64,000 nucleotides of DNA from a virus. The notes beneath the pieces are model-generated. The model ran no database searches. It saw only the letters and a program-made list of their open reading frames with translations, and was not told the DNA's origin. The stretch lies in IMG/VR virus record IMGVR_UViG_3300025012_000045, positions 36,075 to 100,074 of that record. One strand, 5' to 3'. The position numbers and the translations under genes were made by a program. Shown here piece by piece: positions 29,226 through 39,188 of this stretch. Each line of letters opens with the position of its first letter. The first letter of the stretch is position 1.

Positions 29226-30467
29226 ATGGAAATACCAGAAACTACATTTATATATACTTTATCTGATCCAAGAAACAATAATGTAAGATATGTGGGTAAA
29301 ACAGATAGGATTAATAAAAGATTGTGGTATCATATAACACCCACTAAACTAAATAAAAATACTCATAAGAATAATTGGATCAAGAAATTATTAAAGGAGA
29401 ATATAAAACCAGATATTAAGGTTATTGATAAAGTTCCATATAAAGAATGGAAATATTGGGAAACATATTGGATTTCGCAAATGAAGTCATGGGGATTTAA
29501 TCTAACCAATTCAACCAGTGGGGGTGATGGTTTCGGGTCTGGGAAAGACAATCCGATGTATGGGAAGAAAAGACCAGACTTATTAGCAATGAATAAAAGC
29601 GATAATCATCCAGCCAAAGGGGCAAAAAGAAGTGATGAATATAAAGAAAATTTAAGTAAAGTACAATCTAAAATATTATTTAAACAATATACTATAGACG
29701 GTGAATTTATAAAACAATGGAAAGGATTTACTAGAAGTGGCCTGGAGTTAAACATATGTGGTAGTGACATTGCTAGATGTTGTTATGGGGAAAGAAAAAG
29801 CGCAGGAGGATTTCAATGGTGTCTTATTGGGGATGAAGATAAAATAATTGAAAATTATGATCCTATTTTGTATAAATTAAAAAAAGTTATTCAATATGAT
29901 TTAGAAGGAAGTTTCATAAAAGAATGGGATTCAATAATAGAAGCAAAGGAGAGATTAGGAAACCATGTTAATATTTGTGCTGTTGCATCTGGTAAGAGAG
30001 GAACTGCTGGTGGTTATCAATGGAGATATAAAGAAAATGATGATTTTTCTTTAAAAATAGAACCGATAAAATATAAAATAATTTCTAATAAAGCAAAACC
30101 AATAATACAGTATGATTTAAATGGCAATTTTATTAAAGAGTGGCCAAGTATAGAAAAGGCGCAAAAGGAACTTTATATTCATAGCAATTGCATCCGTGCA
30201 GTTTGTTATGGAAGATCTAAAACTATTGGCGGATTTATTTGGAAGTTTAAAGGGGATGAATTAAAATTAAAAGACCATGTAAACTTAAATTTTAAACCTA
30301 TAGTACAATATGATTTAAAAGGTAATAAAATTAAAGAATGGAATTCTATTAAAGAGGCAGCAAATAAATTTGATGTTAGTCATTCTTGTATTAGTACTGC
30401 TATAAGTGGATATAGAGGAAAAAAGAACGCTGCTGGATTTGTTTGGAAGTTTAAAAATAAAATTTAA
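29226..30467 (+). CDS. GIY-YIG homing endonuclease with NUMOD1-type repeats
   Basis: FIYTL...YVGKT...R...E..WI...N; four QYDL.G..IKEW.SI...AGGF.W repeats. Confidence 0.9.
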   Translation: MEIPETTFIYTLSDPRNNNVRYVGKTDRINKRLWYHITPTKLNKNTHKNNWIKKLLKENIKPDIKVIDKVPYKEWKYWETYWISQMKSWGFNLTNSTSGGDGFGSGKDNPMYGKKRPDLLAMNKSDNHPAKGAKRSDEYKENLSKVQSKILFKQYTIDGEFIKQWKGFTRSGLELNICGSDIARCCYGERKSAGGFQWCLIGDEDKIIENYDPILYKLKKVIQYDLEGSFIKEWDSIIEAKERLGNHVNICAVASGKRGTAGGYQWRYKENDDFSLKIEPIKYKIISNKAKPIIQYDLNGNFIKEWPSIEKAQKELYIHSNCIRAVCYGRSKTIGGFIWKFKGDELKLKDHVNLNFKPIVQYDLKGNKIKEWNSIKEAANKFDVSHSCISTAISGYRGKKNAAGFVWKFKNKI

Positions 30468-30471
30468 AAAT

Positions 30472-32834
30472 ATGAGTAAAAAAAATATAATGGTATTAAG
30501 GTCTGATAATTCGGGGGTTGGATTTTTTAGGTCGCTTCAACCGCATATAAATTTGGAAAAATTATACCCAGATGAGTTTCACTGCGAGATGTATACACCA
30601 AATGAAGTTAATTGGAATGATGATGATTTTCTAAAAAGATTTGATTTAATTCATTATCATAGAACAATGTGTGATTATGAACAAATGCCCCCATTACTAG
30701 ATAAATTAAAAAAAATGGGAACTCATTCAATAATGGATTTGGATGACTTTTTTTTTTTCCACACAGATTTCATCCAATCTATCACGTAATTAAAGAAAGT
30801 AAACTTGGAGAAAAGATATTAAATAATGTTAAATCGGCAGAATACGTAACAACCACAACTCCTATTTTTGCAGATTTAATTAAACCACATAATAAAAATG
30901 TTTTTGTTTTACCTAATACAATAGATCCGACTATGGATCAATTTATCCCTAAAAATATAGAAAGAGAAAAAGTTGCTGTTGGATATCTTGCAGGTTCATG
31001 CTTAGATGATCAAACCGAAATATTAACAGAAAATGGTTGGAAATTATTTGAGAATTTAGAAAAAGAAACAGAAAAAGTAGTAACACTAAATCCAGAAACT
31101 AATGAAATAGAGTATCATTTACCAAAAAGATATATTAAAGAAAAATATAACGGTAAATTACATTACATTGAAAACAAAAATGTATGTTATGCTGTTACTC
31201 CAAATCATAATATGTATGCTTCAATACATAAACCAGGATTAAATAATAATATGTCACATAAAAAATTAAATTTACAATTAATTAAGTCAGAAAATCTTTT
31301 TGGTAAGTATTTTCATTGTAAAAAAGATGCTATTTGGAAAGGTGAAGAAAAAGAATATTTTGTATTACCTAAAATTGAATATATTATGTCTAATGGAAAT
31401 AGTTCTAGAATTATTGTTTGTGAAGAAAGAAAATTTAAAATGGATGATTGGCTAAAATTTTTTGGTTTTTGGTTGGCCGAAGGGTGGATATCTAAAACTA
31501 AAAATTTATATCAAGTTGGTGTATCGCAAAAAAAAGATAATGATTATCTTAATATAATGAAAAAAATATTTAAAGAATTTGGATTTAATCCCCTATATAG
31601 TAACGATAAGATACAGTTAAGAGTAATAAATAAACAATTGTGGGCATATTTGAAACAATTTGGTGGAGCTAAGGAAAAATATATTCCAAAAGAAATATTA
31701 AAATTATCTACAAGGCAACTTAATATTTTATTAGATTGGTATATAAAGGGTGATGGGAATACATCAAGAGGTGATCAATATAAAAATAAATTTCAGAGAA
31801 AACATGCTTGGACGGTTTCAAAAAAATTGGCAGACGATTTAATGGAAATTTCACTAAAAACAGAAATTGCTGCATCTATTAAAAATAGAGGCAAAAGAAA
31901 TTCTAGAATGTCAGATGGGAGAGAGATTAGTGCAACTACAGATTGTTATACAATAAGTTTTTATTCACATCCACTAGATAGTAAGAAAAATAAATTAACC
32001 CCACCAATTAGACCTGAACACCAAAAAGAAATTAAATATAGTGGGTATGTTTATTGTGTTGAAGTTGATAATCATTTAATATATGTGAGAAGAAAAAATA
32101 GTAAAAATACTGAAATGGGACTTTGGGTGGGTAATTCCCATTTGATCGATGTAGAAGAAATAAGGGGACTATTTCAAAGACTAAGAGTTGATGATACTTT
32201 GAAAAATAAATTTCAAGTAGCTTTATGCGGATTCGATTTGAGGGGGACACATACGGATGTTGATACAAGAACAGGAGAAAAAAGAACAAGAAATATAGAA
32301 CCTAAAGAAACCAGCTGGTATCAATATGAACGCATTTTTACAGATGATTATAGAATGATTGAAGATAAAAAATATTTAGATTTTTTAATGAAATTTAAAA
32401 GAGAAGATTATCCAAATGAAGAAAATATGATTTATAGACGTGTCTGGACAAAGTTATTGAAAAAATATGCAACTAATTATAATTTAATGGATATTTCTCT
32501 TGCTCCCCTATCATTGAAAGGGAAAGAATTTAATTTAGCAAAAAGCCAGCTTAAATTAATTGAATCCTCTTTTCATAAGAAAGCTGTGATTTGCACATCT
32601 TATGCTCCAAAAATTGGTCCTTATGATATTGATGGGAGGCATGAAAAAAATTGTATATTAATTCCAGAGAGAAAAAATCATAAAGATTGGTTCAAATATG
32701 CAAAAAAACTAATTGAATCAAAAAATATGAGGGAGGACTTAGGAAATCAACTATATGAAGATTTTCATATAAAATATCATATAGATACTGATAGTAAATT
32801 AAGAAGAGAGTTTTATCTTTCAATTTTAAAATAA
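30472..32834 (+). pseudogene. GT-B glycosyltransferase with intein, frameshifted at T11 (30748-30758)
   Basis: GVGFFRS..PH and MDLDD in one frame continue as HP.YH...VTTTTP...LPN.ID in the 30933 frame; DISLAPL..FN.AKS.LK.IE. Confidence 0.8.
30999..32135 (+). mobile_element. intein with LAGLIDADG endonuclease (379 aa)
   Basis: GS/CLDDQTEILTENGW, TPNH, GFWLAEG, YIKGDG, VYCVEV...WVGN/S. Confidence 0.9.
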
Positions 32835-32928
32835 AAATTATTTTTTCTTTCCGCTATTGACAATTTAAATTATTTTATTTATTTTTGTTTTTGAATTATA
32901 TTATTAATATAAATTAAAATTAAATATT

Positions 32929-33177
32929 ATGAAAAAATTATTTTTTTTAATTATTATAGTTAGTTTATTGGGTTGTCAAAATAATGATATTATTATTGAT
33001 GATAACAACAATGTGAATTATGAAATAATCGATACGTTTCGTATTTCAAGGAATGGATTTGATTATATAATGGGATATGAATTAATAATAAAAATAGATT
33101 CTTCTTATTATTCTTGTTATTATGATGGAGAAAGAATAACAACGATTTATAAAAAATTGAATATAAAAGAATTATGA
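32929..33177 (+). CDS. lipoprotein
   Basis: MKK-hydrophobic-LLGC; TAttTTTG at 32880. Confidence 0.7.
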   Translation: MKKLFFLIIIVSLLGCQNNDIIIDDNNNVNYEIIDTFRISRNGFDYIMGYELIIKIDSSYYSCYYDGERITTIYKKLNIKEL

Positions 33178-33587
33178 ATGAAAAAAAATTAAGAGAAAAA
33201 ATAATTAATGAATATTTAGAATGGGTTGACAATTATAATTGTAATGGTAGTGATTATGATAGTAATGATCTACAAACACAAGAATTTGATTTTAATAGAT
33301 TTTTAGATGATATTAAAAATATTAAAAATAATCCTTTATTATATGAATATATAAAACGACAATTTGTAAAAAATGGCTTTATTAATTTTAATATTGAAAG
33401 GTATGTTGTTAAAGTTCCTTATAACACATTAAGTAATGAATTAAAAACAGAAAAACATTATACCTACTTACCAAAAATACATAATAGTTTAATTGATGCT
33501 GAGAATTATGCAATAGATTTAAGTAAAAAAGATTATATTATGTTTGATCATATAAAATTTAATCCATACGTTATAGATATAATTTAA
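33174..33587 (+). CDS. hypothetical protein
   Basis: ORF overlapping previous stop. Confidence 0.6.
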   Translation: MNEKKLREKIINEYLEWVDNYNCNGSDYDSNDLQTQEFDFNRFLDDIKNIKNNPLLYEYIKRQFVKNGFINFNIERYVVKVPYNTLSNELKTEKHYTYLPKIHNSLIDAENYAIDLSKKDYIMFDHIKFNPYVIDII

Positions 33588-33788
33588 ATTATGAAAAAAA
33601 ATATAGAAGTATCTTACGAATTATTAAAAGAACTTAATAATATCCGATAATCTAAATTTAAATTATTTAAAAATTGATAAAATCATATTAAAAACTAATA
33701 ATGATATATTTGAAGTTACTATTAATAAAAAGAAAAAATATAAAATATCTGTTGAACAAATAATTTATAACTCTAAACAATTTAAAAA

Positions 33789-33950
33789 ATGAAAGTAAAA
33801 GAAACATCATCAAAATATGGGGCTGTTATTATAAATTGTAATTGTATCCACGAATTTCAAGATAGAACATATGGAAAGGGAAAGCGTGTTGCATCCTTAT
33901 GTTCCAAGGGAAAAACTAAACGTTGTACTGTTTGTAATAAAGAACAATAA
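33789..33950 (+). CDS. small Cys/His zinc-binding protein (not in ORF track)
   Basis: CNC.H.FQD..YG.G.RV...RCTVC. Confidence 0.6.
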   Translation: MKVKETSSKYGAVIINCNCIHEFQDRTYGKGKRVASLCSKGKTKRCTVCNKEQ

Positions 33951-33979
33951 AATAATTAATTTAAAAATATAATAAAATT

Positions 33980-34597
33980 ATGGCAAAGAAATTTTTAAAA
34001 CAATTCACATTATCAAAAGAAAATTTTGATAAAAATCTTGATAAATTTAAAGAAATTCAAGAAAAATATAAACCATTCACTGAAGAATTATTGGAATATT
34101 TAACTGAAAATGGTTTTTTTTCTTGTCCAGCAACCACAACATTAACATTATATAATTGTTTTGAGGGGGGGTTGATAGATCACATTTTAAGAGTTGGAAA
34201 GTATGCAACACAATTAAATAAATTATTGCCTGTTGATTTACAACAAGAAATTAGTTCAATCATAAAAGTTGTTTTTAATCATTCAATAGGTAAAGTTGGA
34301 CTATATGAGGATAATGATTCAAAATGGCATAAAGAAAATTTATCCCAATATTACAAATATAAAGAAAATCAAGAAGATGCTGCAATGAGAGTTAATGAAA
34401 AAAGTGCATATTTGGCTATGAATTATGGTGTGAAATTAACGGACTATGAATATCAGGCAACTTTAGGATGGGCCAAGCCAGATGAGGACAAACAGGCTAA
34501 ATTTTTCTCTGACCCGTTAACTATTATATTAAAACAAGCAATTCAATTATCAATATTGGAAGAACAATTGATTTTTAATAAATTTCAGAATGAATAA
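33980..34597 (+). CDS. HD-superfamily-like hydrolase (YhaM-like), HD replaced by HS
   Basis: FFSCPA...EGGLIDH.L.V...NHSIGKV. Confidence 0.65.
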   Translation: MAKKFLKQFTLSKENFDKNLDKFKEIQEKYKPFTEELLEYLTENGFFSCPATTTLTLYNCFEGGLIDHILRVGKYATQLNKLLPVDLQQEISSIIKVVFNHSIGKVGLYEDNDSKWHKENLSQYYKYKENQEDAAMRVNEKSAYLAMNYGVKLTDYEYQATLGWAKPDEDKQAKFFSDPLTIILKQAIQLSILEEQLIFNKFQNE

Positions 34598-34970
34598 AAT
34601 TACATTTGAAGATAAATATGTGGATGAATTGATTGAGTTAAGGAAGAAAGCCAGAACAGATAAAGATTATAAGTTATCTGATGAAATCCGTGATTATCTG
34701 GATAGTAAATTAATTTTTATTTTTGATATACCTGATGGAGAACAAAATACTTGGTTTATGCCGGAAACATATTTTAAAAGAATGGAATGTGAGTATTTTA
34801 AAGATAAAGGAATAAGATTTGAAAATAAAAGAAAATATGTTGAATATAGAATTGAAGATGATAGAAAAACAGAAAAGAGTTTTGAATCCTGGCTATTTTC
34901 ACAATTTAAATCAATGGGATATTCTGATGAATATTCAAAAGATGCCATTAAAATAATTTGGTTAAAATAA
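34590..34970 (+). CDS. CysRS C-terminal-like domain protein
   Basis: LIELRKKAR..KDY..SDEIRD.L...I.D. Confidence 0.6.
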   Translation: MNKITFEDKYVDELIELRKKARTDKDYKLSDEIRDYLDSKLIFIFDIPDGEQNTWFMPETYFKRMECEYFKDKGIRFENKRKYVEYRIEDDRKTEKSFESWLFSQFKSMGYSDEYSKDAIKIIWLK

Positions 34971-35281
34971 ATAATTATGGGAAAATCAAAAGAGTTATTC
35001 ATGGAACAAAGAGAAAATGAATTATTAGATGATGAAAAAGAACAAATTCCAATATTAAATATTGATGATATTGAAATTGAAGAAGATATAAAAGAAAATG
35101 GAAATAAAACTTAAAATTATGAAAAAAGTAAATATAATCAAAATAGATTGCGGAACTTTGTCAATTAATAAGACAAAAAAATTATTAAAAAGAATCTCTT
35201 TTTCTAGTGATATTATAAAGAATCAGAAATGGATTCCGGTTAAATTAAAATGAGCGATTTTAAAAAATAGAGAAAAATCAA

Positions 35282-35650
35282 ATGACATTTAAAGAATATC
35301 AGGAAAAATCAAAAGAAACTGCAATATATCTGGACAGATTAAAAAGTAAATATCCAGATTTGCCAAAAGAAATATATAAAATATTATCCTTATCTTATCT
35401 GGGAAATGGATTGGGTGAAGTTGGAGAAATTCAAGGAAAAATTAAAAAAATAATAAGAGATAATGGTGGTTCAATAACTAAAGATATGAAAAAAGAAATA
35501 TCTAAAGAATGTGGAGATTGCTTATGGTATTTAAGTCAATTAGCAACTGAGTTGGAATTAGATTTGGGGGAAATTGCAGGACAAAATTTAGAAAAATTAA
35601 ATTCAAGAAAACAAAGAAATGTTCTTGGTGGTTCTGGAGATAATAGATAA
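35282..35650 (+). CDS. mazG: MazG-like nucleotide pyrophosphohydrolase
   Basis: GEVGEI..KIKK..RD...ECGD.LWY...N..KL..R......GSGDNR. Confidence 0.85.
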   Translation: MTFKEYQEKSKETAIYLDRLKSKYPDLPKEIYKILSLSYLGNGLGEVGEIQGKIKKIIRDNGGSITKDMKKEISKECGDCLWYLSQLATELELDLGEIAGQNLEKLNSRKQRNVLGGSGDNR

Positions 35651-35692
35651 AATGAAAATAATTATTAACCTAAAACTATAAAATTAAAAATT

Positions 35693-35935
35693 ATGGAAAA
35701 AAACACTAAAAAACTTTATAGGATAACTTTAAATGGTATGACTTTTAATAGTACAGGGACCAGATATGGAATAAGCTATGTGGTTGCCGATGATTCTGAT
35801 CAAGCATATAAAAAAGTTAAAAAATTTCTTGATGATAACGATATTGGGTTTTCAAACGAAAGAGGTCTTGATAAAATTGAGCTAATTGCTGAAGAGTATG
35901 AATATACCAATACACAATATATGTTATTTTTATAA
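35693..35935 (+). CDS. hypothetical protein
   Basis: ORF in operon. Confidence 0.65.
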   Translation: MEKNTKKLYRITLNGMTFNSTGTRYGISYVVADDSDQAYKKVKKFLDDNDIGFSNERGLDKIELIAEEYEYTNTQYMLFL

Positions 35936-35959
35936 GAATTAACTTAAAATATTATATAA

Positions 35960-36226
35960 ATGACGTATAGAGGTAAAAATTATCATACCATTGAAGAATT
36001 AGAAGAAAGTATAGATGAGTTATTGGAAGAAAAATATTTAAGAAAACAAGATGATGAAAATAATAAAATATTATTAGATAAATTATCAGAGTTAATTAAA
36101 GAAATATATAATTCGTTTAAAGTAGAACTTGAAGATAAAGATAGTGATTTAAGTAAAGAGCGAATAATAAAAAATTTGATAAAATATATTGAAAATTTTT
36201 CAAGAGACAATAATTTTAGATTATGA
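35960..36226 (+). CDS. hypothetical protein
   Basis: ORF in operon. Confidence 0.65.
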   Translation: MTYRGKNYHTIEELEESIDELLEEKYLRKQDDENNKILLDKLSELIKEIYNSFKVELEDKDSDLSKERIIKNLIKYIENFSRDNNFRL

Positions 36227-36471
36227 AAAATAAAGCAAAAAAATATACTTCCCCTTTAATTCAAAAAATACTAAAAAGTATCCCACTAAAAACTAGAGTA
36301 TTTACTATTCTTCAAATGGAAGATTATGATAACTGGGAAAACGGGGAATATAAAGGTAATAATAAAAGATTGATAAAATTAACTAAATGGATATTAGAAG
36401 ACGTATTTCAATGGATTAAAGATGGAAAATCCGGAGGGGAAGATATAGATTTAACTAAATATGAAAAATAA
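36223..36471 (+). CDS. hypothetical protein
   Basis: ATGA overlap. Confidence 0.6.
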   Translation: MKNKAKKYTSPLIQKILKSIPLKTRVFTILQMEDYDNWENGEYKGNNKRLIKLTKWILEDVFQWIKDGKSGGEDIDLTKYEK

Positions 36472-36479
36472 TCAAAAAA

Positions 36480-36668
36480 ATGAAAATATATAAAGGACAG
36501 AAATTAAAACCCATTCATGATGAAACTGATTGGGAAGATTCTATTGCAGAAGTTGTTAGATATTCTAAAAAACAAAATAAATGGTATATTTTTGAAGATG
36601 GTAATTTCGGTAGATGGTGCGATGAAAAAACAATATTAAAAGAATATATAGAAATAAATGAAAAATAA
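36480..36668 (+). CDS. hypothetical protein
   Basis: ORF in operon. Confidence 0.55.
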   Translation: MKIYKGQKLKPIHDETDWEDSIAEVVRYSKKQNKWYIFEDGNFGRWCDEKTILKEYIEINEK

Positions 36669-36826
36669 TAAAATTATGGATAAAGAATCAATTGAACCAT
36701 TTCAAGATGTTAAATGTAAAAATTGTAATTGGGTGGGAAAAGAAAATGAATTAGAAGAATATACGTTTGATGATGATAGATATTCTGAATTTTATTGTCC
36801 AGAATGTGATACAAAATATAATTTTG

Positions 36827-37000
36827 ATGAATAATAAAACAGGTAGAAAGAAATTACCAGATATTGAGAAAATGCCAAAAATAGGCATTTCTATTAGTAG
36901 AGAAAATTATGACCATCTTAAAAAAGAAGATGAATTACGTTCAAGAATTATTAATAGGTTATTAACAAAATATTTTAAAAATAAATATAAAAAAGTGTAA
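36827..37000 (+). CDS. ribbon-helix-helix-like protein
   Basis: GRKKLP...KIGISISRENYDHL...RSRIINRLL..YF; start at ATG 36827. Confidence 0.65.
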   Translation: MNNKTGRKKLPDIEKMPKIGISISRENYDHLKKEDELRSRIINRLLTKYFKNKYKKV

Positions 37001-37036
37001 CTTTTTCTTTTTTCTGACTATTTATATAGAAAAGAG

Positions 37037-37750
37037 ATGAAAAAAATAAAATGGAATTATGAAACAGCAAAGAAAGAATCTTTAAAATATAAATCAAGAG
37101 GAGAATTTTATTATAATAAACAAGGAGCATATAAACGAGCGTTAATAAACGGATGGTTAAATGAGTTTTTTCCAAAAAAAATACCAGAAGGGTATGGAAA
37201 ATGTAGTAATAAGGATTGTCAGTGTCCAGTGAAGTTGATTTCTGAATTTTATACGTTTAAAAATAAGAATGGCAAAATAAAAAGAAGGTCAGAGTGTAAA
37301 ATATGTAGTAGGAAAAAAAGAACTGGAATACCAGAAGATCATAGAAAGTGTCTAATATGTAAAGAGATTAAATTGATAAGTGATTTTGATAGAAATAATG
37401 TAAAATGTAATAAATGTCATGAAAATAGTATTGATTATAGAATAATTGCTAATTTGAGGACAAGATTATGGCAGTTATTAAAAGAAAAAAACAAATGTGC
37501 AAGCACTATGGAGTTAATAGATTGTACTGTTGAATTTTTAAAACAATATTTGGAAAAATTTTTTTATGATGGTATGAGTTGGAAAAATTATGGAAAATAT
37601 TGGCATGTTGATCATATTATTCCTTGTATATCATTTGATTTAACTGATCCTGAACAACAAAAAAAATGTTTTCATTGGACAAATTTACAACCATTAACTG
37701 TGAAACATAATATGGAAAAAGGTTCAAAGTTGAATTGGAGTAAATCTTAA
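37037..37750 (+). CDS. HNH homing endonuclease
   Basis: several CxxC, SWKNYG.YWHVDHI.P...NLQPL. Confidence 0.85.
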   Translation: MKKIKWNYETAKKESLKYKSRGEFYYNKQGAYKRALINGWLNEFFPKKIPEGYGKCSNKDCQCPVKLISEFYTFKNKNGKIKRRSECKICSRKKRTGIPEDHRKCLICKEIKLISDFDRNNVKCNKCHENSIDYRIIANLRTRLWQLLKEKNKCASTMELIDCTVEFLKQYLEKFFYDGMSWKNYGKYWHVDHIIPCISFDLTDPEQQKKCFHWTNLQPLTVKHNMEKGSKLNWSKS

Positions 37751-37768
37751 TTAATTATATTTTAAAAT

Positions 37769-38539
37769 ATGAAAGATAATAAAATTAAAATTTTAACAAC
37801 AACATATAATAGCGGTAAATACTTTGATTTATGCATGAATTCAATATTATCTCAAAAATATAATAATTTTATATGGTGTATAATTGATGATTGTTCAATA
37901 GATAATACATTTGATAAAATACCTAATAAAAAAAATATTATTAAAATGAGAAATAATATTCATAATGGTGGAGCTTTGCCAAATCTTCATAATATGTATT
38001 TAAATTATTGTGAATCAGATGATATATCAATAGTATGCGATGGAGATGATTGGTTAGTAAATAAAAATGTTTTATCTTATATAAATGATTTTTATAATAA
38101 ATATAACTGCATGATGATGTATGGTCAATGTAGGTGGTATAATCCAGAATCTCAATTTAAAAGATTTGAAGAAAAGGGTTTGGCATATCCAATATCTCAA
38201 GAACAATTTAAAAATTTAAGAAATAGTTTAAGTTGGCCATTCTCTCATATAAGAACATTTAGAGCAAAAGCATATCATGAAATTGAAAAACAAGACCCTA
38301 ATTATGATTGTTTAAAAGATGAAAATGGGAAAATGTATACAATAGGCGCTGGTGATTTTGCTGTATTTCTTCCTGTTGCTGAAATTGTTGGATATGAAAA
38401 TATAAAATACAATGACAAAGTTTTATATGTCTATAACAGAGAAACTAAATTAAATGAAGATAAAGTTTATTCTTTTGATTTACAAACTAAAAATCATTTG
38501 GAAGTAAATTCTAAACCTAAATTCAAACAAATATTTTAA
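37769..38539 (+). CDS. GT2-family glycosyltransferase
   Basis: TTYN...SIL.Q...IIDDCS.D...DGDDWL. Confidence 0.85.
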   Translation: MKDNKIKILTTTYNSGKYFDLCMNSILSQKYNNFIWCIIDDCSIDNTFDKIPNKKNIIKMRNNIHNGGALPNLHNMYLNYCESDDISIVCDGDDWLVNKNVLSYINDFYNKYNCMMMYGQCRWYNPESQFKRFEEKGLAYPISQEQFKNLRNSLSWPFSHIRTFRAKAYHEIEKQDPNYDCLKDENGKMYTIGAGDFAVFLPVAEIVGYENIKYNDKVLYVYNRETKLNEDKVYSFDLQTKNHLEVNSKPKFKQIF

Positions 38540-38541
38540 TT

Positions 38542-38919
38542 ATGAAAAAATCTAAAAATAAAAAAAGTGAATATAGTAATAAAAGGGGCCCAAATTGTAA
38601 ACAAATATTGTGTCCAGAAATTATAAAACAATATAACATTAATGCCGAAGAAGAATTGTTGAAAATTTTCTATTCAGAAATGAATGAATCAGAACAAGAT
38701 TTTTATAAAAGAATAAAAGATACGCTTAACATAGAATCCTTTATGAAAGCAACTAATAATAATTTAGAAATGTTGTTTAATTATATGTATTCACCAACAA
38801 TTGGAATTAGATTATCAAATATTGCTGTTGGTAAATTTATAAAAGATAATTATGATGATGATTTCTATTATAGACGAGAAGTGTTACGTTGTGAAGAATA
38901 TAAAAAACATAAAAATTAA
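38542..38919 (+). CDS. hypothetical protein
   Basis: ORF in operon. Confidence 0.55.
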   Translation: MKKSKNKKSEYSNKRGPNCKQILCPEIIKQYNINAEEELLKIFYSEMNESEQDFYKRIKDTLNIESFMKATNNNLEMLFNYMYSPTIGIRLSNIAVGKFIKDNYDDDFYYRREVLRCEEYKKHKN

Positions 38920-38932
38920 AAATGAAATAATT

Positions 38933-39175
38933 ATGGAAGAAAAAAAATGGTTTATATCAAAAGATAGTGAAACACGATGGGTTAAAGTTTTTATAAACAA
39001 AAATATTAAATGGGATCATTGTGGTACGCATTTAGTTGTTTCTATGGATAGTGATTTAAATGAGGCACATAAATTAAATGATGTAAGGGTAGAATCGATA
39101 GATATTAAAAACTTTTTTAATACTAAAGAAGAATCACAAATGGAAATAATAAGGCGTGAAAGATTTGAAAAATAA
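38933..39175 (+). CDS. hypothetical protein
   Basis: ORF, likely start MEEKKWF. Confidence 0.5.
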   Translation: MEEKKWFISKDSETRWVKVFINKNIKWDHCGTHLVVSMDSDLNEAHKLNDVRVESIDIKNFFNTKEESQMEIIRRERFEK

Positions 39176-39188
39176 TTTATATAATGAA

